Notes: generated by a model from the sequence alone, not told the origin. Counted from the stretch's first letter, positions 51,230 through 63,677 are shown. The stretch: 64,000 bases of DNA from Macrostomum hystrix (GCA_950097015.1 CATNEN010000039.1:15686001-15750000); one strand, 5' to 3'. A program made the numbers and translations.

Positions 51230-51915
51230 GAGCCCCCCAGCGCGGAGTCCTCCCCCCCGTTTCTGTGGAACCTCGTTATGGATGAGCTGCTCAACGCTGC
51301 ACAAAGGACATCACCTTCCAGAAGCAAACTAAATGCTTGAGCATAACGCTCGATCACAGGCTCAGCTGGACTCCTCATGTCTACGCTAAAGCCAAAAAGG
51401 CCTTTGCGATCCTGGCGCAGCTGCGCAGGGCGGTGGCAACACTTGGGGTCTCACCCCCAAACGTCTATGGTGGATCCACACTGCTATGGTCAGACCGGCT
51501 GTTTCGTACGCCAGACTGATCTGGGCTAGTGCCCTGCAGCTAAAGACCTGCCTTGAGACTCTTCGGAGAGTGCAAGGTCGCGCTTGTCGCATGATCATGA
51601 GCGCCGCGCCATCCGCCCCCTTCGACGGCCTCAGCGCCTTCCTGAATATCCTCCCGCTTGATATTTTTAGCTTGATATTTTTATCCGCGGTGAGGCGGCA
51701 AAAACCGCCCGGCGTCTCCTTGATGCCGGAGTGCACTTCGTCCCCCAACGAGCGGTAGCAAAACGAAAGCTTCTGCCGCACACGGACCTTTGCCTGAGAG
51801 ATTTGGGCGCGAGCAACGAAATCAATGTCCTCACGGACGGAGAACCGCGCACGCTCAACCTCCTTCAGTGCTTTAAGGTTCTCATCCCCACCAGGGACCA
51901 AGCTAGCGACCTCTG
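51230..51915 (+). mobile_element. Degenerate RT/connection fragment of a related LINE, opposite orientation
   Basis: [52 protein letters not shown] and PHTDLCL, with frameshifts and deletions. Confidence 0.88.
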
Positions 51916-51972
51916 AGGATCTTTCTACAATATGCTGATTGCATTAGTTTTCTAAACACCAATTTACCGCAG

Positions 51973-52248
51973 GGCGAAAGCGCCTACGCGTTCGTCACAC
52001 TGGAGGACGGCGCCGTCTGTGATGCCAGCCTGATTCGCCAGCTGCTAGTGATTGTTCGCGAACGCATTGGCGCATTCGCAGCACCCGACACCATCCAAGA
52101 GGCCCCAGCGCTGCCAATGACTCGCTCGGGCAAGATTATGCGTAGAATTCTAAGAGAGATTGCTGCCGGCGGTGACAACTATGGCGATACTAGCACCCTG
52201 GCTGATCCCGGAGTTATTGAGACCCTCGTATCGATGAGAACGGCTTGA
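51973..52248 (+). pseudogene. Orphan terminal exon of an acetyl-CoA synthetase (ACSS family)
   Basis: Acceptor CAG at 51970-51972, then GESAYAFVTL...RERIGAFAAPDTIQEAPALPMTRSGKIMRRILREIA..GDTSTLADPGVI*. No upstream ACS exons were seen in the window. Confidence 0.8.
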
Positions 52249-52557
52249 GTACATGCTAATAATCATTTTTATTCTAACAATATTCTAGCAGATTCGAACC
52301 TCTGACGAACTTCTGTTTTTATGAGATTGTGGCGGCCAGGTCTGCACGCGGCGCGACTCTAGGTGCATATGCACTCAAACCTCGGGCCGCCTGGCTGGGG
52401 GGTGGGTGCACCCGACCGACCGGCTCGCTAAGCGGGGGGTTACGGACTCTCGCCACCTTACGCGCACCTCCCCTTTAAATTTAACCTTTCTCGCGCACTG
52501 CGTTTCATTTACGAGACACTAAATTGGTGAGCTCGACTACCCCAGCCGTGCTGAGGA

Positions 52558-53259
52558 ATGACTGAGCCAGCCGTTGCACTCAAACTGCCCACGTTTTGGG
52601 CCTCGCAGCCCCGGGCCTGGTTTATTCAGGCCGAAGCCCAGTTCACTCTGCGGCGAATCACTGAGGACAACACCAAGTACACGCACGTAGTCGCTGCTCT
52701 CGACCAGATCACAGCCGAGCGACTACTCGATGTGCTGGAGCGTCCGCCGGAGGTGGACAATTACCAGAGCCTGAAGGACCGCCTGCTCGGCACGTTTGGC
52801 CTCACTCGACAGCAGCGGGCCAGCCGCCTCCTCGGAATGTCCGGCCACCGCGACAAGCGTCCCTCAGAGCTCATGGAGGAAATGCTCGCTCTGCTAGGTG
52901 ACCATCCCCCGTGCCTCCTGTTCAAGGAACTCTTCCGCCAGCAGCTGCCCGCCGACGTCAGGATGATGATTGCCACTGTGGACTTCAGCGACCCGCGGGC
53001 CGCAGCGCAAGAGGCCAATAAGCTGTGGGCGAGCCGGTCGCAGCCGTACGCGGCCTCCGTGCAGCATCCCGCTGCAGAGCAGCCGCCGCCTCCGCATGCT
53101 CAGCCGGCCGTCCTTACAGCTAGCCTCCGCCCGACCAGGCAGAGCCGCAAACGCTCGGATGACGGCCTGTGCCGTTTTCACCGCCGATTTGGTGCGGCGG
53201 CCCGCCAGTGTCAGGCGCCCTGTAGCTTCCAGGGAAACGGGCAGGCCGGCCGTCAGTGA
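52558..53259 (+). CDS. Gypsy gag with CHCC (C-x2-H-x9-C-x3-C) knuckle
   Basis: KLPTFWASQPRAWFIQAEAQF N-terminus and CRFHRRFGAAARQCQAPC C-terminus; open 233 aa. Confidence 0.92.
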   Translation: MTEPAVALKLPTFWASQPRAWFIQAEAQFTLRRITEDNTKYTHVVAALDQITAERLLDVLERPPEVDNYQSLKDRLLGTFGLTRQQRASRLLGMSGHRDKRPSELMEEMLALLGDHPPCLLFKELFRQQLPADVRMMIATVDFSDPRAAAQEANKLWASRSQPYAASVQHPAAEQPPPPHAQPAVLTASLRPTRQSRKRSDDGLCRFHRRFGAAARQCQAPCSFQGNGQAGRQ

Positions 53260-53276
53260 TCAGCTCGGCGGCCGGT
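53232..53276 (+). promoter_or_regulatory. -1 programmed ribosomal frameshift signal (G GGA AAC + stem-loop)
   Basis: In-frame X XXY YYZ heptamer 53232-53238, 6-nt spacer, stem GCCGGCCGTC (53245-53254) / GGCGGCCGGT (53267-53276). The -1 frame leads into the protease. Confidence 0.85.
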
Positions 53277-54360
53277 AACAGCAGCCTGCTGCTCATCCCC
53301 GATGTCCAGACGGGCCGGCGCTTCCTGGTCGACACGGGCGCCGAGGTCAGTATTTTTCCCGTCGCCGGCACTGATACTCGCCTGGCCAGCCGCTCTTCGC
53401 AGCCAACGGTAGCCCCATCCGCACTTTTGGTACCCGCCAGAACACGCTCGATCTCGGAATACGGCGCTGCTCCTGGCCGTTCATCCTGGCCGAAGTCTCC
53501 CGCCCGCTGATCGGCGCCGACTTCCTGCGGCACCATGGCCTGCTGGTGGCCCTGCCGCACCGACGCCTGCTGGACGCCCAATCGTTCGCCAGCGTGCACC
53601 TGCTGGGCAGCGTGGGACCCGGCCTGCAGCTCGCCGCGGCCGCCGCCGCGGACCCGTACAGCCAGCTGCTGGCGGAGTTCCCCGCCCTCACCGAGCTCAG
53701 TTTCCAACGAGCTCAGCCGCGCCATGGGGTCGAGCACCATACCCCGACCAGCGGCCCGCCTGTCCACGCTCGCCCACGCCGCCTGCCGCCAGACAAGCTG
53801 GCGGTGGCCAGGGAGGAGTTCCGACTCCTGGAGCGGCTCGGCATCGTGCGCCGCTCTCACAGCCCGTGGTCGTCGCCGCTGCACATGGTGCCCAAGGCGT
53901 CCGGCGGTTGGCGGCCCTGCGGCGACTTCGGGCGGCTGAACGACGTCACAGTGCCAGACCGCTACCCGGTGCCGCACATCCAGGACTTCTCGGCCCGCCT
54001 GGCCGGCTTCTCGGTCTTCTCCAAGATCGACCTGGTGCGCGGCTACCACCAGGTGCCCGTGACCGCGGCCGACGTGCCCAAGACCGCCGTCATCACCCCG
54101 TTCGGCCTCTTCGAGTTCCTGCGAATGCCGTTCGGACTCAAGAACGCCGCCCAGGCCTTTCAGCGGTTGGTCGACTCCGTGTGCCAGGACCGGGATTTCG
54201 TCTTCGCATACATCGACGATTTCCTGGTGGCCAGCCGCAGCCAGCAGCAACACCTGGAGCACCTGCGGATGCTTTTCCAGCGCCTCGCCGACAACGGCCT
54301 CATCATCAACCCGGCCAAGTGCGAGTTCGGCCGCAGCGAGATCGACTTCCTCGGCCACCG

Positions 54361-54696
54361 CATGGCGCTCGATTCCAATACGGAGTGCGGATTCCCGAGC
54401 AATTTGCGGCTAACTGGCGCTTCGTGGTGCTGCCCCCGTACTCGCCGTTCCTTAATCCGGTAGAGAGCGCGCACTCGTGCCTGAAGGCGGTGATCAAGCG
54501 ACAGCTCTCCCAGCCACAAGTGCAGCTGGAACTGGACAACCCGGCTCCAGAGACCACACTACGCGAGTGGCGTATCCGCGTGCTGCACAGGATAGCAGAA
54601 GCAACAGCGGACATCACAGCGGTTAAGTGCGGAGGCTGGTTCCGGCATATGCTGCTCTACCTGCCTCGCTGCGTTGCGGGGGAGTTGGTTTTTTGA
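54361..54696 (+). mobile_element. Tc1/IS630-type DDE transposase C-terminal fragment
   Basis: (D>H)GARFQ...VLPPYSPFLNPVE..S.LK motif; joined directly to the truncated Gypsy RT. Confidence 0.8.
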
Positions 54697-55719
54697 CACA
54701 GTTTTATGTTTCCCTTTGAAAAAGCGACAAAGCCGAAGCCACAGTTCCGTTTCTGTTTATATACCGTACACAGTGGCATGTTAAATCTATGGGCGGGACT
54801 AGATGCGTGTCCGAAGGATCAAATCGATTGCTCTATGGTCATACTTTTGGCCATAGACAACTTGAAAATCGGCCTGAAACGCTTGGATTTTGCCACTGTG
54901 GATTAAATCGAATGCTCGAAGGATCAAACGGTCCGCAATAAGCTATATTAAACTTTTTATCAAAGGCTTTCTTTCGCCGAAGACAATGTCAATCGTACTC
55001 AAGGACCTACCGTTTCACTGTAAAAATGACAGAATGTACATTTTAAAACAAATTTTCTAATACCATCGGCTCCAGCCTATACTGCATGGCTTGACTAAAA
55101 ACGTTCTCAAGATAAGACCAGATTTCTCTGAAACCAAAAACCGTAGCTGCCTATAAATGTTTTCTATCTAATGTTTCTCTAATGCTGTCATGATTAAACT
55201 TTCACCTGTAGCAGCAGAAAGGCTGATAATAATTTTGAGAAGGCTATTCGTGTTTAATTAAAGAGATTATCGTCTGACAATTCCTTCATTGGTTGCTGAG
55301 GTATGGGTAGCCCTCAGGCCAGATTATAAATGTGGGACAATGATCCTCCGTCATTTTTTCCCGAGACCCTGCACGCTTTTGTAGCTACAGAAACTGCAGC
55401 AAGCAATTTAAAATTGAATAGCATTTTTTGTCTGCTCAAATATTTCAGGCATAGACAAGTCTCGGATTGACAACTCTATAGGTGAGAAGACTCAGAGCTG
55501 CTATTGTTTGATCACGAATGGTCTAACTGTATTTGATCATTACATAGTCTGGAATGAACACAAATGTGAAAAACATTTTTGACTGAAAATTTCCAGCAGA
55601 AAGCAAATATCTAATTGCTTTCTATAATTGGCGTTGAGCTTTGGAAATGAAGAAGACACTGTTTTGGCCTGATAATCTGAGATAATACTCAGCTGGAATT
55701 AGTGTGACAAAAGTGGAAA

Positions 55720-58045
55720 TGGGTAGATGTGAAGAGATTGGAGGTGGGTAGATGTGAATGAAGAGATTGGAGGTGGGTAGATGTGAATGAAGAGATTGGA
55801 GGTGGGTAGATGTGAATGAAGAGATTGGAGGTGGGTAGATGTGAATGAAGAGATTGGTGGTAGATGTGAATGAAGAGATTGGTGGTAGATGTGAATGAAG
55901 AGATTAGAGGTGGGTGATGTGAATGAAGAGATTAGAGGTGGGTAGATGTGAATGAAGAGATTAGAGGTGGGTAGATGTGAATGAAGAGATTGGAGGTGGG
56001 TGATGTGAATGAAGAGATTGGAGGTGGGTAGATGTGAATGAAGAGATTGGAGGTGGGTAGATGTGAATGAAGAGATTGGTGGTGGGTAGATGTGAATGAA
56101 GAGATTGGAGGTGGGTAGATGTGAATGAAGAGATTGGTGGTAGATGTGAATGAAGAGATTAGAGGTGGGTAGATGTGAATGAAGAGATTAGAGGTGGGTA
56201 GATGTGAATGAAGAGATTAGAGGTGGGTAGATGTGAATGAAGAGATTGGTGGTGGGTAGATGTGAATGAAGAGATTGGAGGTGGGTAGATGTGAATGAAG
56301 AGACTAGAGGTGGGTAGATGTGAATGAAGAGATTGGAGGTGGGTAGATGTGAATGAAGAGATTGGTGGTAGATGTGAATGAAGAGTTTGGTGGTGGGTAG
56401 ATGTGAATGAAGAGACTGGAGGTGGGTAGATGTGAATGAAGAGATTGGAGGTGGGTAGATGTGAATGAAGAGATTGGTGGTGGGTAGATGTGAATGAAGA
56501 GATTGGAGGTGGGTAGATGTGAATGAAGAGATTAGAGGTGGGTAGATGTGAATGAAGAGATTAGAGGTGGGTAGATGTGAATGAAGAGATTGGAGGTGGG
56601 TGATGTGAATGAAGAGATTGGAGGTGGGTAGATGTGAATGAAGAGATTGGAGGTGGGTAGATGTGAATGAAGAGATTGGTGGTGGGTAGATGTGAATGAA
56701 GAGATTGGAGGTGGGTGATGTGAATGAAGAGATTGAAGGTGGGTAGATGTGAATGAAGAGATTGGTGGTGGGTAGATGTGAATGAAGAGATTGGAGGTGG
56801 GTAGATGTGAATGAAGAGACTGGAGGTGGGTAGATGTGAATGAAGAGATTGGAGGTGGGTAGATGTGAATGAAGAGATTGGTGGTAGATGTGAATGAAGA
56901 GTTTGGTGGTGGGTAGATGTGAATGAAGAGACTGGAGGTGGGTAGATGTGAATGAAGAGATTGGAGGTGGGTGATGTGAATGAAGAGATTGAAGGTGGGT
57001 AGATGTGAATGAAGAGATTGGTGGTGGGTAGATGTGAATGAAGAGATTAGAGGTGGGTAGATGTGAATGAAGAGACTGGAGGTGGGTAGATGTGAATGAA
57101 GAGATTGGAGGTGGGTAGATGTGAATGAAGAGATTGGTGGTAGATGTGAATGAAGAGTTTGGTGGTGGGTAGATGTGAATGAAGAGACTGGAGGTGGGTA
57201 GATGTGAATGAAGAGATTGGAGGTGGGTAGATGTGAATGAAGAGATTGGTGGTGGGTAGATGTGAATGAAGAGACTGGAGGTGGGTAGATGTGAATGAAG
57301 AGATTGGAGGTGGGTAGATGTGAATGAAGAGATTGGAGGTGGGTAGATGTGAATGAAGAGATTGGGGGTGGGTAGATGTGAATGAAGAGATTGGAGGTGG
57401 GTAAATGTGAATGAAGAGATTGGAGGTGGGTAGATGTGAATGAAGAGATTGGAGGTGGGTAGATGTGAATGAAGAGATTGGAGGTGGGTAGATGTGAATG
57501 AAGAGATTGGGGGTGGGTAGATGTGAATGAAGAGATTGGAGGTGGGTAAATGTGAATGAAGAGACTGGAGGTGGGTAGATGTGAATGAAGAGATTGGAGG
57601 TGGGTAGATGTGAATGAAGAGATTGGTGGTGGGTAGATGTGAATGAAGAGACTGGAGGTGGGTAGATGTGAATGAAGAGATTGGAGGTGGGTAGATGTGA
57701 ATGAAGAGATTGGAGGTGGGTAGATGTGAATGAAGAGATTGGGGGTGGGTAGATGTGAATGAAGAGATTGGAGGTGGGTAGATGTGAATGAAGAGATTGG
57801 GGGTGGGTGATGTGAATGAAGAGATTGGAGGTGGGTAAATGTGAATGAAGAGATTGGAGGTGGGTAGATGTGAATGAAGAGTTTGGAGGTGGGTAGATGT
57901 CAATGAAGAGATTGGAGGTGGGTAAATGTGAATGAAGAGATTGGAGGTGGGTAGATGTGAATGAAGAGATTGGAGGTGGGTAGATGTGAATGAAGAGATT
58001 GGAGGTGGGTAGATGTAGACAGACTGGTGGGTAGATGTGAAGAGA
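55720..58045. repeat. 29-bp purine-rich minisatellite (GATGTGAATGAAGAGATTGGAGGTGGGTA)
   Basis: About 80 units with 25- and 27-bp deletion variants; the long minus-strand ORFs are artefacts. Confidence 0.98.
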
Positions 58046-58138
58046 GCGAACAGCTAAAAAATCCAACCAGTCTGAATAATCCCATTTTTTAGAAACTTCC
58101 CAAAGTCAATCAGCCATCAAGTCGATCTCCAAACTCGC

Positions 58139-59230
58139 ATGGCTGACTCGACTTACGAACTTGGCGGGAAACTTCCTTCTGGCAACACCCTGGATATTGG
58201 CAACTGGTCCGGCTTGGAAACCACGCCACAGTCGGTGTTCCACTGCTCCCACTACGAGCAACTGTACGAACCCAGAATAGCCAGCGGTATTCACTTCTTT
58301 ATCATCTATTCTTTAGTAGGCCTAGTGGCCATTGTAGGCAACTCGGTCATTGTTCGGGTCATCATTGGCGGCCAGGTGACCATCAACCGGCGCACATTTC
58401 GCTACCTCACACTGTTGCTTTGCACTTATGAGCTCATAGCAGCCGTGCTGCTATTCTCACTGCTGTTTGTACTCGGCGTGGGCTATCACAATCGTACAAA
58501 TAATGACACCTGGATATCGCCCAGTTGGACCTCCGAAGATGAAAATGTCTACCTAAGCCGGTCCTATTCAGCCACAAAGCTGTTAATTAGCTTGCGAGAT
58601 GTTTGCATTGGCAACGAGGTGAGCGCCTACAGCCTGCTGGCACTGGACCGTCTGCTGGCCATCGCCTCGCCTGTCAGCAAGCGCTGGACAGTCGGGCTGC
58701 TGTACTGCGTCACAGCTGGCAGCCTCCTGGTAACTGCGGCTGGCGAATTCTGTCTGCACATCTGGCTCTACGCCAGCCTCGCCTCGCCAAGCATGACCAA
58801 CGAGCTGGCCTGCTCAATGCTCAGCGTGCAACGGCGGGTCAACGCCCTGACAAAGGCGACTCTGGCGGCTGGCTACTACGCCCTGTCGTTCACCTGCTAC
58901 GTTGGCACCGGCCTTCTGATGGTGAAGCGAGGCCGGTCCCGCACGGTCAGCTCCTTCAGCAGCTCGTCGGCCTACTCCGAGGCTAGCCGAAGGCAGGCAA
59001 CGATGGAACAGATGGCCAAGCCGCTGCTGTCGCTAGTTGCTGGCAATGCCATTCAGTTTATCTGCCTGCTGCCAATGCTTCTAGACAATTTCGGCTTCGT
59101 TCATTTAGAGATCACGGTCTATTATTTGTTCTTTCTTAATTGCGCTGCTGTGCCGTGCGTTGCACTGGCGTTCAATGCCAGCATTCGGCGGGGAGTGCTT
59201 TCTAAGAAAACTTGCTTTGTCAGGCAGTAA
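58139..59230 (+). CDS. Single-exon rhodopsin-like (class A) orphan GPCR, 363 aa
   Basis: Seven hydrophobic segments; TM1 AIVGN, TM3 LLALDRLLAI, TM7 NCAAVP and helix-8-like FNASIRR; N-glycosylation sequon NWS in the N-terminus. Confidence 0.85.
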   Translation: MADSTYELGGKLPSGNTLDIGNWSGLETTPQSVFHCSHYEQLYEPRIASGIHFFIIYSLVGLVAIVGNSVIVRVIIGGQVTINRRTFRYLTLLLCTYELIAAVLLFSLLFVLGVGYHNRTNNDTWISPSWTSEDENVYLSRSYSATKLLISLRDVCIGNEVSAYSLLALDRLLAIASPVSKRWTVGLLYCVTAGSLLVTAAGEFCLHIWLYASLASPSMTNELACSMLSVQRRVNALTKATLAAGYYALSFTCYVGTGLLMVKRGRSRTVSSFSSSSAYSEASRRQATMEQMAKPLLSLVAGNAIQFICLLPMLLDNFGFVHLEITVYYLFFLNCAAVPCVALAFNASIRRGVLSKKTCFVRQ

Positions 59231-59909
59231 CAACTGAAAGGCATGAAACGGTGAATATAAAAAAAATAGTTTAAATATAGCTACTGTATATATTTGCTGT
59301 TAAATGTACTTTATAAGTATAGTGCTAGTATAAGTATATTTATGTACTTGTTATAAAAAACATTTCTAGTTTTTGCTTCCTTCGATACTGGATAGGAACC
59401 GGATAATTGAGCGATCTCAATTGAAAATTTAAATTTAAATTGGTACGCAATTTTGCGCGTGTAGCATGACTATTTATACTCAGTTGTTCGTTACATTTTT
59501 TAAACTGCAGTTTACTGTAAAACGATACAACATATTTCAATTTCAACTTCAATCATTTACACTCTTTTATAATCACCACTAGCTGTTTTCTTACCGTAGT
59601 ATTCATATTTTGTTATATATAAGTTATAGCTTTCAAAATAATTTGTTGGTCTATTTAAACTTTGCTTTGAAATTGTTCGTCGCAGTTTAACTATATGCCG
59701 GTTTGTAATATTTAAACAGTAATTAAAACCATCTTCATATTCTCATAAGCAGTAAATATACATTCGATGCGTAGAATTACACACTCTCCTATTGAATATA
59801 TGATAAAAATTACAGTTTTCTTAATTTGTTTATGTGGAATACATGTTCATGACTCAAAAAACTAATATATACTGAGTCCAATGGATAGCGGCTGACCTTG
59901 CTATATATA

Positions 59910-60500
59910 TACCGGGTGCGCAAAAAGTATCCGGACAGAATCTTGCTGGCTTTGCTTTCCGAGAGTTTGACATACTCCGGTAATTTAAAGCATCATTTTT
60001 ATAATATGTCTATGGCCAAACTTCTGCCGGGAATTTTAACCCTGATATGCAAAATGGACTCATGCTGTTCACCTTTTTATTTCGAAAGCTTCGTTTTCAA
60101 TCCGCGGATTTCTGTCACCCCAAGTTGTCACAAAATGTCGAGCTATTCCTTGGATCTCAAGAAGCGTGTCGCTACCGACTTGACTTCTAGATTGAGCGTC
60201 TTGAGAAGGTGATTGCCCAAGGAGGTTCTCCAATCGTGGATTAAATCGAGTCTGGCGTGCAGAGCCGCTTGTTGGAACCACTTGAGCAGCACATGGCAGC
60301 AAGTGGGCCAGGTGATTGATTCGAGGAAGTCTGACGATCTTGCGGTAGTTGTTACCAACTCGTCGTCGTCGATCGTCGGCACGGAACAATCGAAAGCTGC
60401 TCTCATCTGTGAAAATCACTCGCCGGACGCCACAGCTTCTGCCTCCAGTGGATCCTTCGCAATGCCCATTGTTCCCGGCTGGCCACACATGGCTTGGAAG
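59910..60500. mobile_element. Tc1/mariner remnants in opposite orientations
   Basis: TA run then TIR-like TACCGGGTGCGCAAAAAGTATCCGGACA; MSSYSLDLKKRV (HTH start, +, ~60136); VIFTDESSFRL (first catalytic Asp, -, ~60390-60425). Confidence 0.65.
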
Positions 60501-60634
60501 GAAGGAAACGGATCGCTGACAGCAGCAGCTTACAGGAGTCTAAAATCCACGTTAGGGCCAAGCAAGCATGACACCGTGCAGTTCACTGCAACTTTGCGGT
60601 CTTCACCGACAAAGGCCGCACCTTTTTGGTCGAG

Positions 60635-60805
60635 ATCCAGTGTGATCCAGTTTAATTCAGTGTCTCACAGTCTCACAATCCAGTGTGACAGTCTCAAAAT
60701 CCAGTGTGGTGACAGTCTCAAAATCCAGTGTGACAGTCTCACAATCCAGTGTGACAGTCTCACAATACAGTGTGACAGTCTCACAATCCAGTGTGACTGT
60801 CTTAT
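60635..60805. repeat. 21-bp minisatellite (CAGTCTCACAATCCAGTGTGA)
   Basis: About 7 units. Confidence 0.88.
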
Positions 60806-62319
60806 AATCTACATTCCCCTGAGTTCCACAATCAATTGCAGGTGTCTGAGTGACCGATAAGTGTACATTTAGGATATGAGCTTTGAGTTAATATATATTA
60901 TTACAAATTGCTTTTTTCCAATCTAATCTTTTGTTGATTATCAATAAGTGAGAATAGTAAAACATAATAATGTATAGATAAAAATATGCACGCCAGTGAT
61001 TGTCTTTTAATCAATCAATTAAAATTTTATTTACACAATAGATTGCGAAAACGATGTATAATATATTCCGCAGAACATTTTCTAGATCAATTTTAAAATA
61101 CATGAAAATACACGATGACAGCTCAAATTTACAGGTGTGTGAATCACCAGAAAGCTTTCGAAATCTGTTTGTTTTATAAATCAAAACTCGATCTGCAGCT
61201 ACTATATACGCATTCAAATTGAGCTACTATACCTCTGTGCTTCGCGTTGTTGAGATAAAAAACATTTCGACATGAGTAAATTGTTTATTTATAATGTGAA
61301 AGTTAATCTTGGTAAACTGTCCGTGTTTCGTAAGCATTCCAGACTATGTCTTCGCATACAGATTTCATCCATAAAGTTCTCGTAATTTTAATGAAATTGT
61401 TTCTAACAGTTAAAAAAAAGTTTGAACGGCTAACTATATATGAGTTGTGTTCCTATTTTAAACGAAAATAGTGTCATGTTGAAATCCCTGCTTAAATCTA
61501 TTGGCATAAAAATAATTTTGTATACTAACTAGACAAATTAAACGATCAAACTTTTTGAATTATCGTGACCAAGCAATTAAACAAAAAAGTATTATGTACT
61601 CTAGAACTCTGCGCAGAATGAACACTTGAACATGCATTTTTCTATAATTTTGCTATAATTTTTTTAATTTTTCTAAAAACAACTTTTATATAGCGAATAG
61701 CATTACTAATCGCTAATTCACATAAAAGTTAAAAAAATTGTTTTGCTTAACAACTTTTTAGTAGTCCATTGCTTGCATATAACTTTATAAATTTGTATAT
61801 TATAGCAAATGACAATGATATAGAATAATATATAGTCTACTGGCCAGCCAATATATTGGTCAGTGCAAGGTACAGTATAGGAAAAGTAAAAAATGGAAAG
61901 TAAACTAATTAGCTAATATTTAATGCAAAAAACTTTTGTGGGGTGATAATAATGCACAGAAAAACAAACTACAGGCAAATTGTGAAGTGCGAATTGTTAC
62001 AAAATAAACCATTTATTAAACACCTCTGCATTTAGAGAGGAAATCAAGAGTTTTTAAAGCTATTTATGTATACAGATATACTGGAGGAGTTTATTGAGTG
62101 CAGATAGATTTTCACGAGACAAATGCAATTTTTAGATAATATTCAGGCTCATATACATTAATTATCTGTGAGCATATCAGAATGTAATCCAAGTACTGCA
62201 AAAACGCTTTTATATTAAAAAAACTAACCAAGATAGTTTCGCATTGTCATTCTGTTTGGCCATCAGTAAGAACAAGTGGAGACAGAGCGATGAGCCCCAT
62301 AGCTAGGGCAGAGTTTACG

Positions 62320-63548
62320 GATTTTGGATCTGGGTTTTGTCTTTGGCTGAGGGGTTTGTGGATCTGGGGTTTGGTGGCCAGATAAGACTGAGGGTTTTGT
62401 GGATCTGGGGTTTGGTGGCCAGATAAGACTGAGGGTTTTGTGGATCTGGGGTTTGGTGGCCAGATAAGGCTGAGGGTTTTGTGGATCTGGGTTTTGTCTT
62501 TGGCTGAGGGGTTTGTGGATCTGGGGTTTGGTGGCCAGATAAGACTGAGGGGTTTGTGGATCTGGGGTTTGGTGGCCAGATAAGGCTGAGGGGTTTGTGG
62601 ATCTGGGGTTTGGTGGCCAGATAAGGCTGAGGGGTTTGTGGATCTGGGATTGGTGGCCAAATAAGGCTGAGGGGTTTGTGGATCTGGGGATTGGTGGCCA
62701 GATAAGGCTGAGGGGTTTGTGGATCTGGGGTTTGGTGGCCAAATAAGGCTGAGGGGTTTGTGGATCTGGGGTTTGGTGGCCAGATAAGACTGAGGGTTTT
62801 GTGGATCTGGGGTTTGGTGGCCAGATAAGGCTGAGGGGTTTGTGGATCTGGGATTGGTGGCCAAATAAGGCTGAGGGGTTTGTGGATCTGGGGATTGGTG
62901 GCCAGATAAGGCTGAGGGGTTTGTGGATCTGGGGTTTGGTGGCCAAATAAGGCTGAGGGGTTTGTGGATCTGGGGATTGGTGGCCAGATAAGGCTGAGGG
63001 GTTTGTGGATCTGGGTTTGGTGGCCAGATAAGGCTGAGGGGTTTGTGGATCTGGGGTTTGGTGGCCAGATAAGGCTGAGGGGTTTGTGGATCTGGGATTG
63101 GTGGCCAGATAAGGCTGAGGGGTTTGTAGATCTGGGGTTTGGTGGCCAGATAAGGCTGAGGGGTTTGTGGATCTGGGGTTTGGTGGCCAGATAAGGCTGA
63201 GGGGTTTGTGGATCTGGGGTTTGGTGGCCAGATAAGGCTGAGGGGTTTATGGACCTGGAGATTGCTGGTCAGGTAAGGTTGAGGGGTTTATGGACCTGGG
63301 GATTGGTGGTCAGATAAGGCTGGTAAAATATTTGAAAATATGAAAATATACACATTCTACTGGTCAGATAATGCTGAGGGGTTTATGGACCTGGGGATTG
63401 GTGGTCAGATAAGGCTGAGGGGTTTGTGGATCTGGGGTTTGGTGGCCAGATAAGGCTGAGGGGTTTGTGGATCTGGGGATTGGTGGCCAGATAAGGCTGA
63501 GGGGTTTGTGGATCTGGGGATTGGTGGCCAGATAAGGCTGAGGGGTTT
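62320..63548. repeat. 41-bp minisatellite (TTTGTGGATCTGGGGTTTGGTGGCCAGATAAGGCTGAGGGG)
   Basis: Tandem units with a short AT-rich interruption at ~63325-63360. Confidence 0.96.
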
Positions 63549-63677
63549 TCAGATATGGACTCGGGATTCCGATGGCTGTGTTGTCCGGGATCAGACGTAC
63601 CACTCTTTCATGTCTCGCTTTCTGGAGCCCGATTTCCCACTGCCGCTGACCCCCCTGGCGTCGCCGTTCAGATACAG

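Larger units (their letters stand above)
52328..54362 (+). mobile_element. Gypsy LTR retrotransposon (CsRn1-like clade), 3'-truncated: 5' LTR, PBS, gag, PR, RT
   Basis: LTR-like TGTGGCG... ~52328-52520; PBS TGGTGAGCTCGAC 52525-52537 (tRNA-Trp-like); protease FLVDTGA and IGADFL with a frameshift near 53385; RT WSSPLHMVPK, KIDL..YHQ, MPFGLKNA, YIDD and FLGH. No RNase H, integrase or 3' LTR. Confidence 0.93.

Noticed and set aside
53120-54358. 412-aa minus-strand ORF
   Set aside because: Antisense shadow of the GC-rich Gypsy pol; no independent motifs.
56188-58066. Long ORFs of 571 and 339 aa (also those at 10651-11509, 12052-12523, 22796-23593, 62247-62946)
   Set aside because: Translations of stop-free minisatellites; several lie within introns of well-supported genes.
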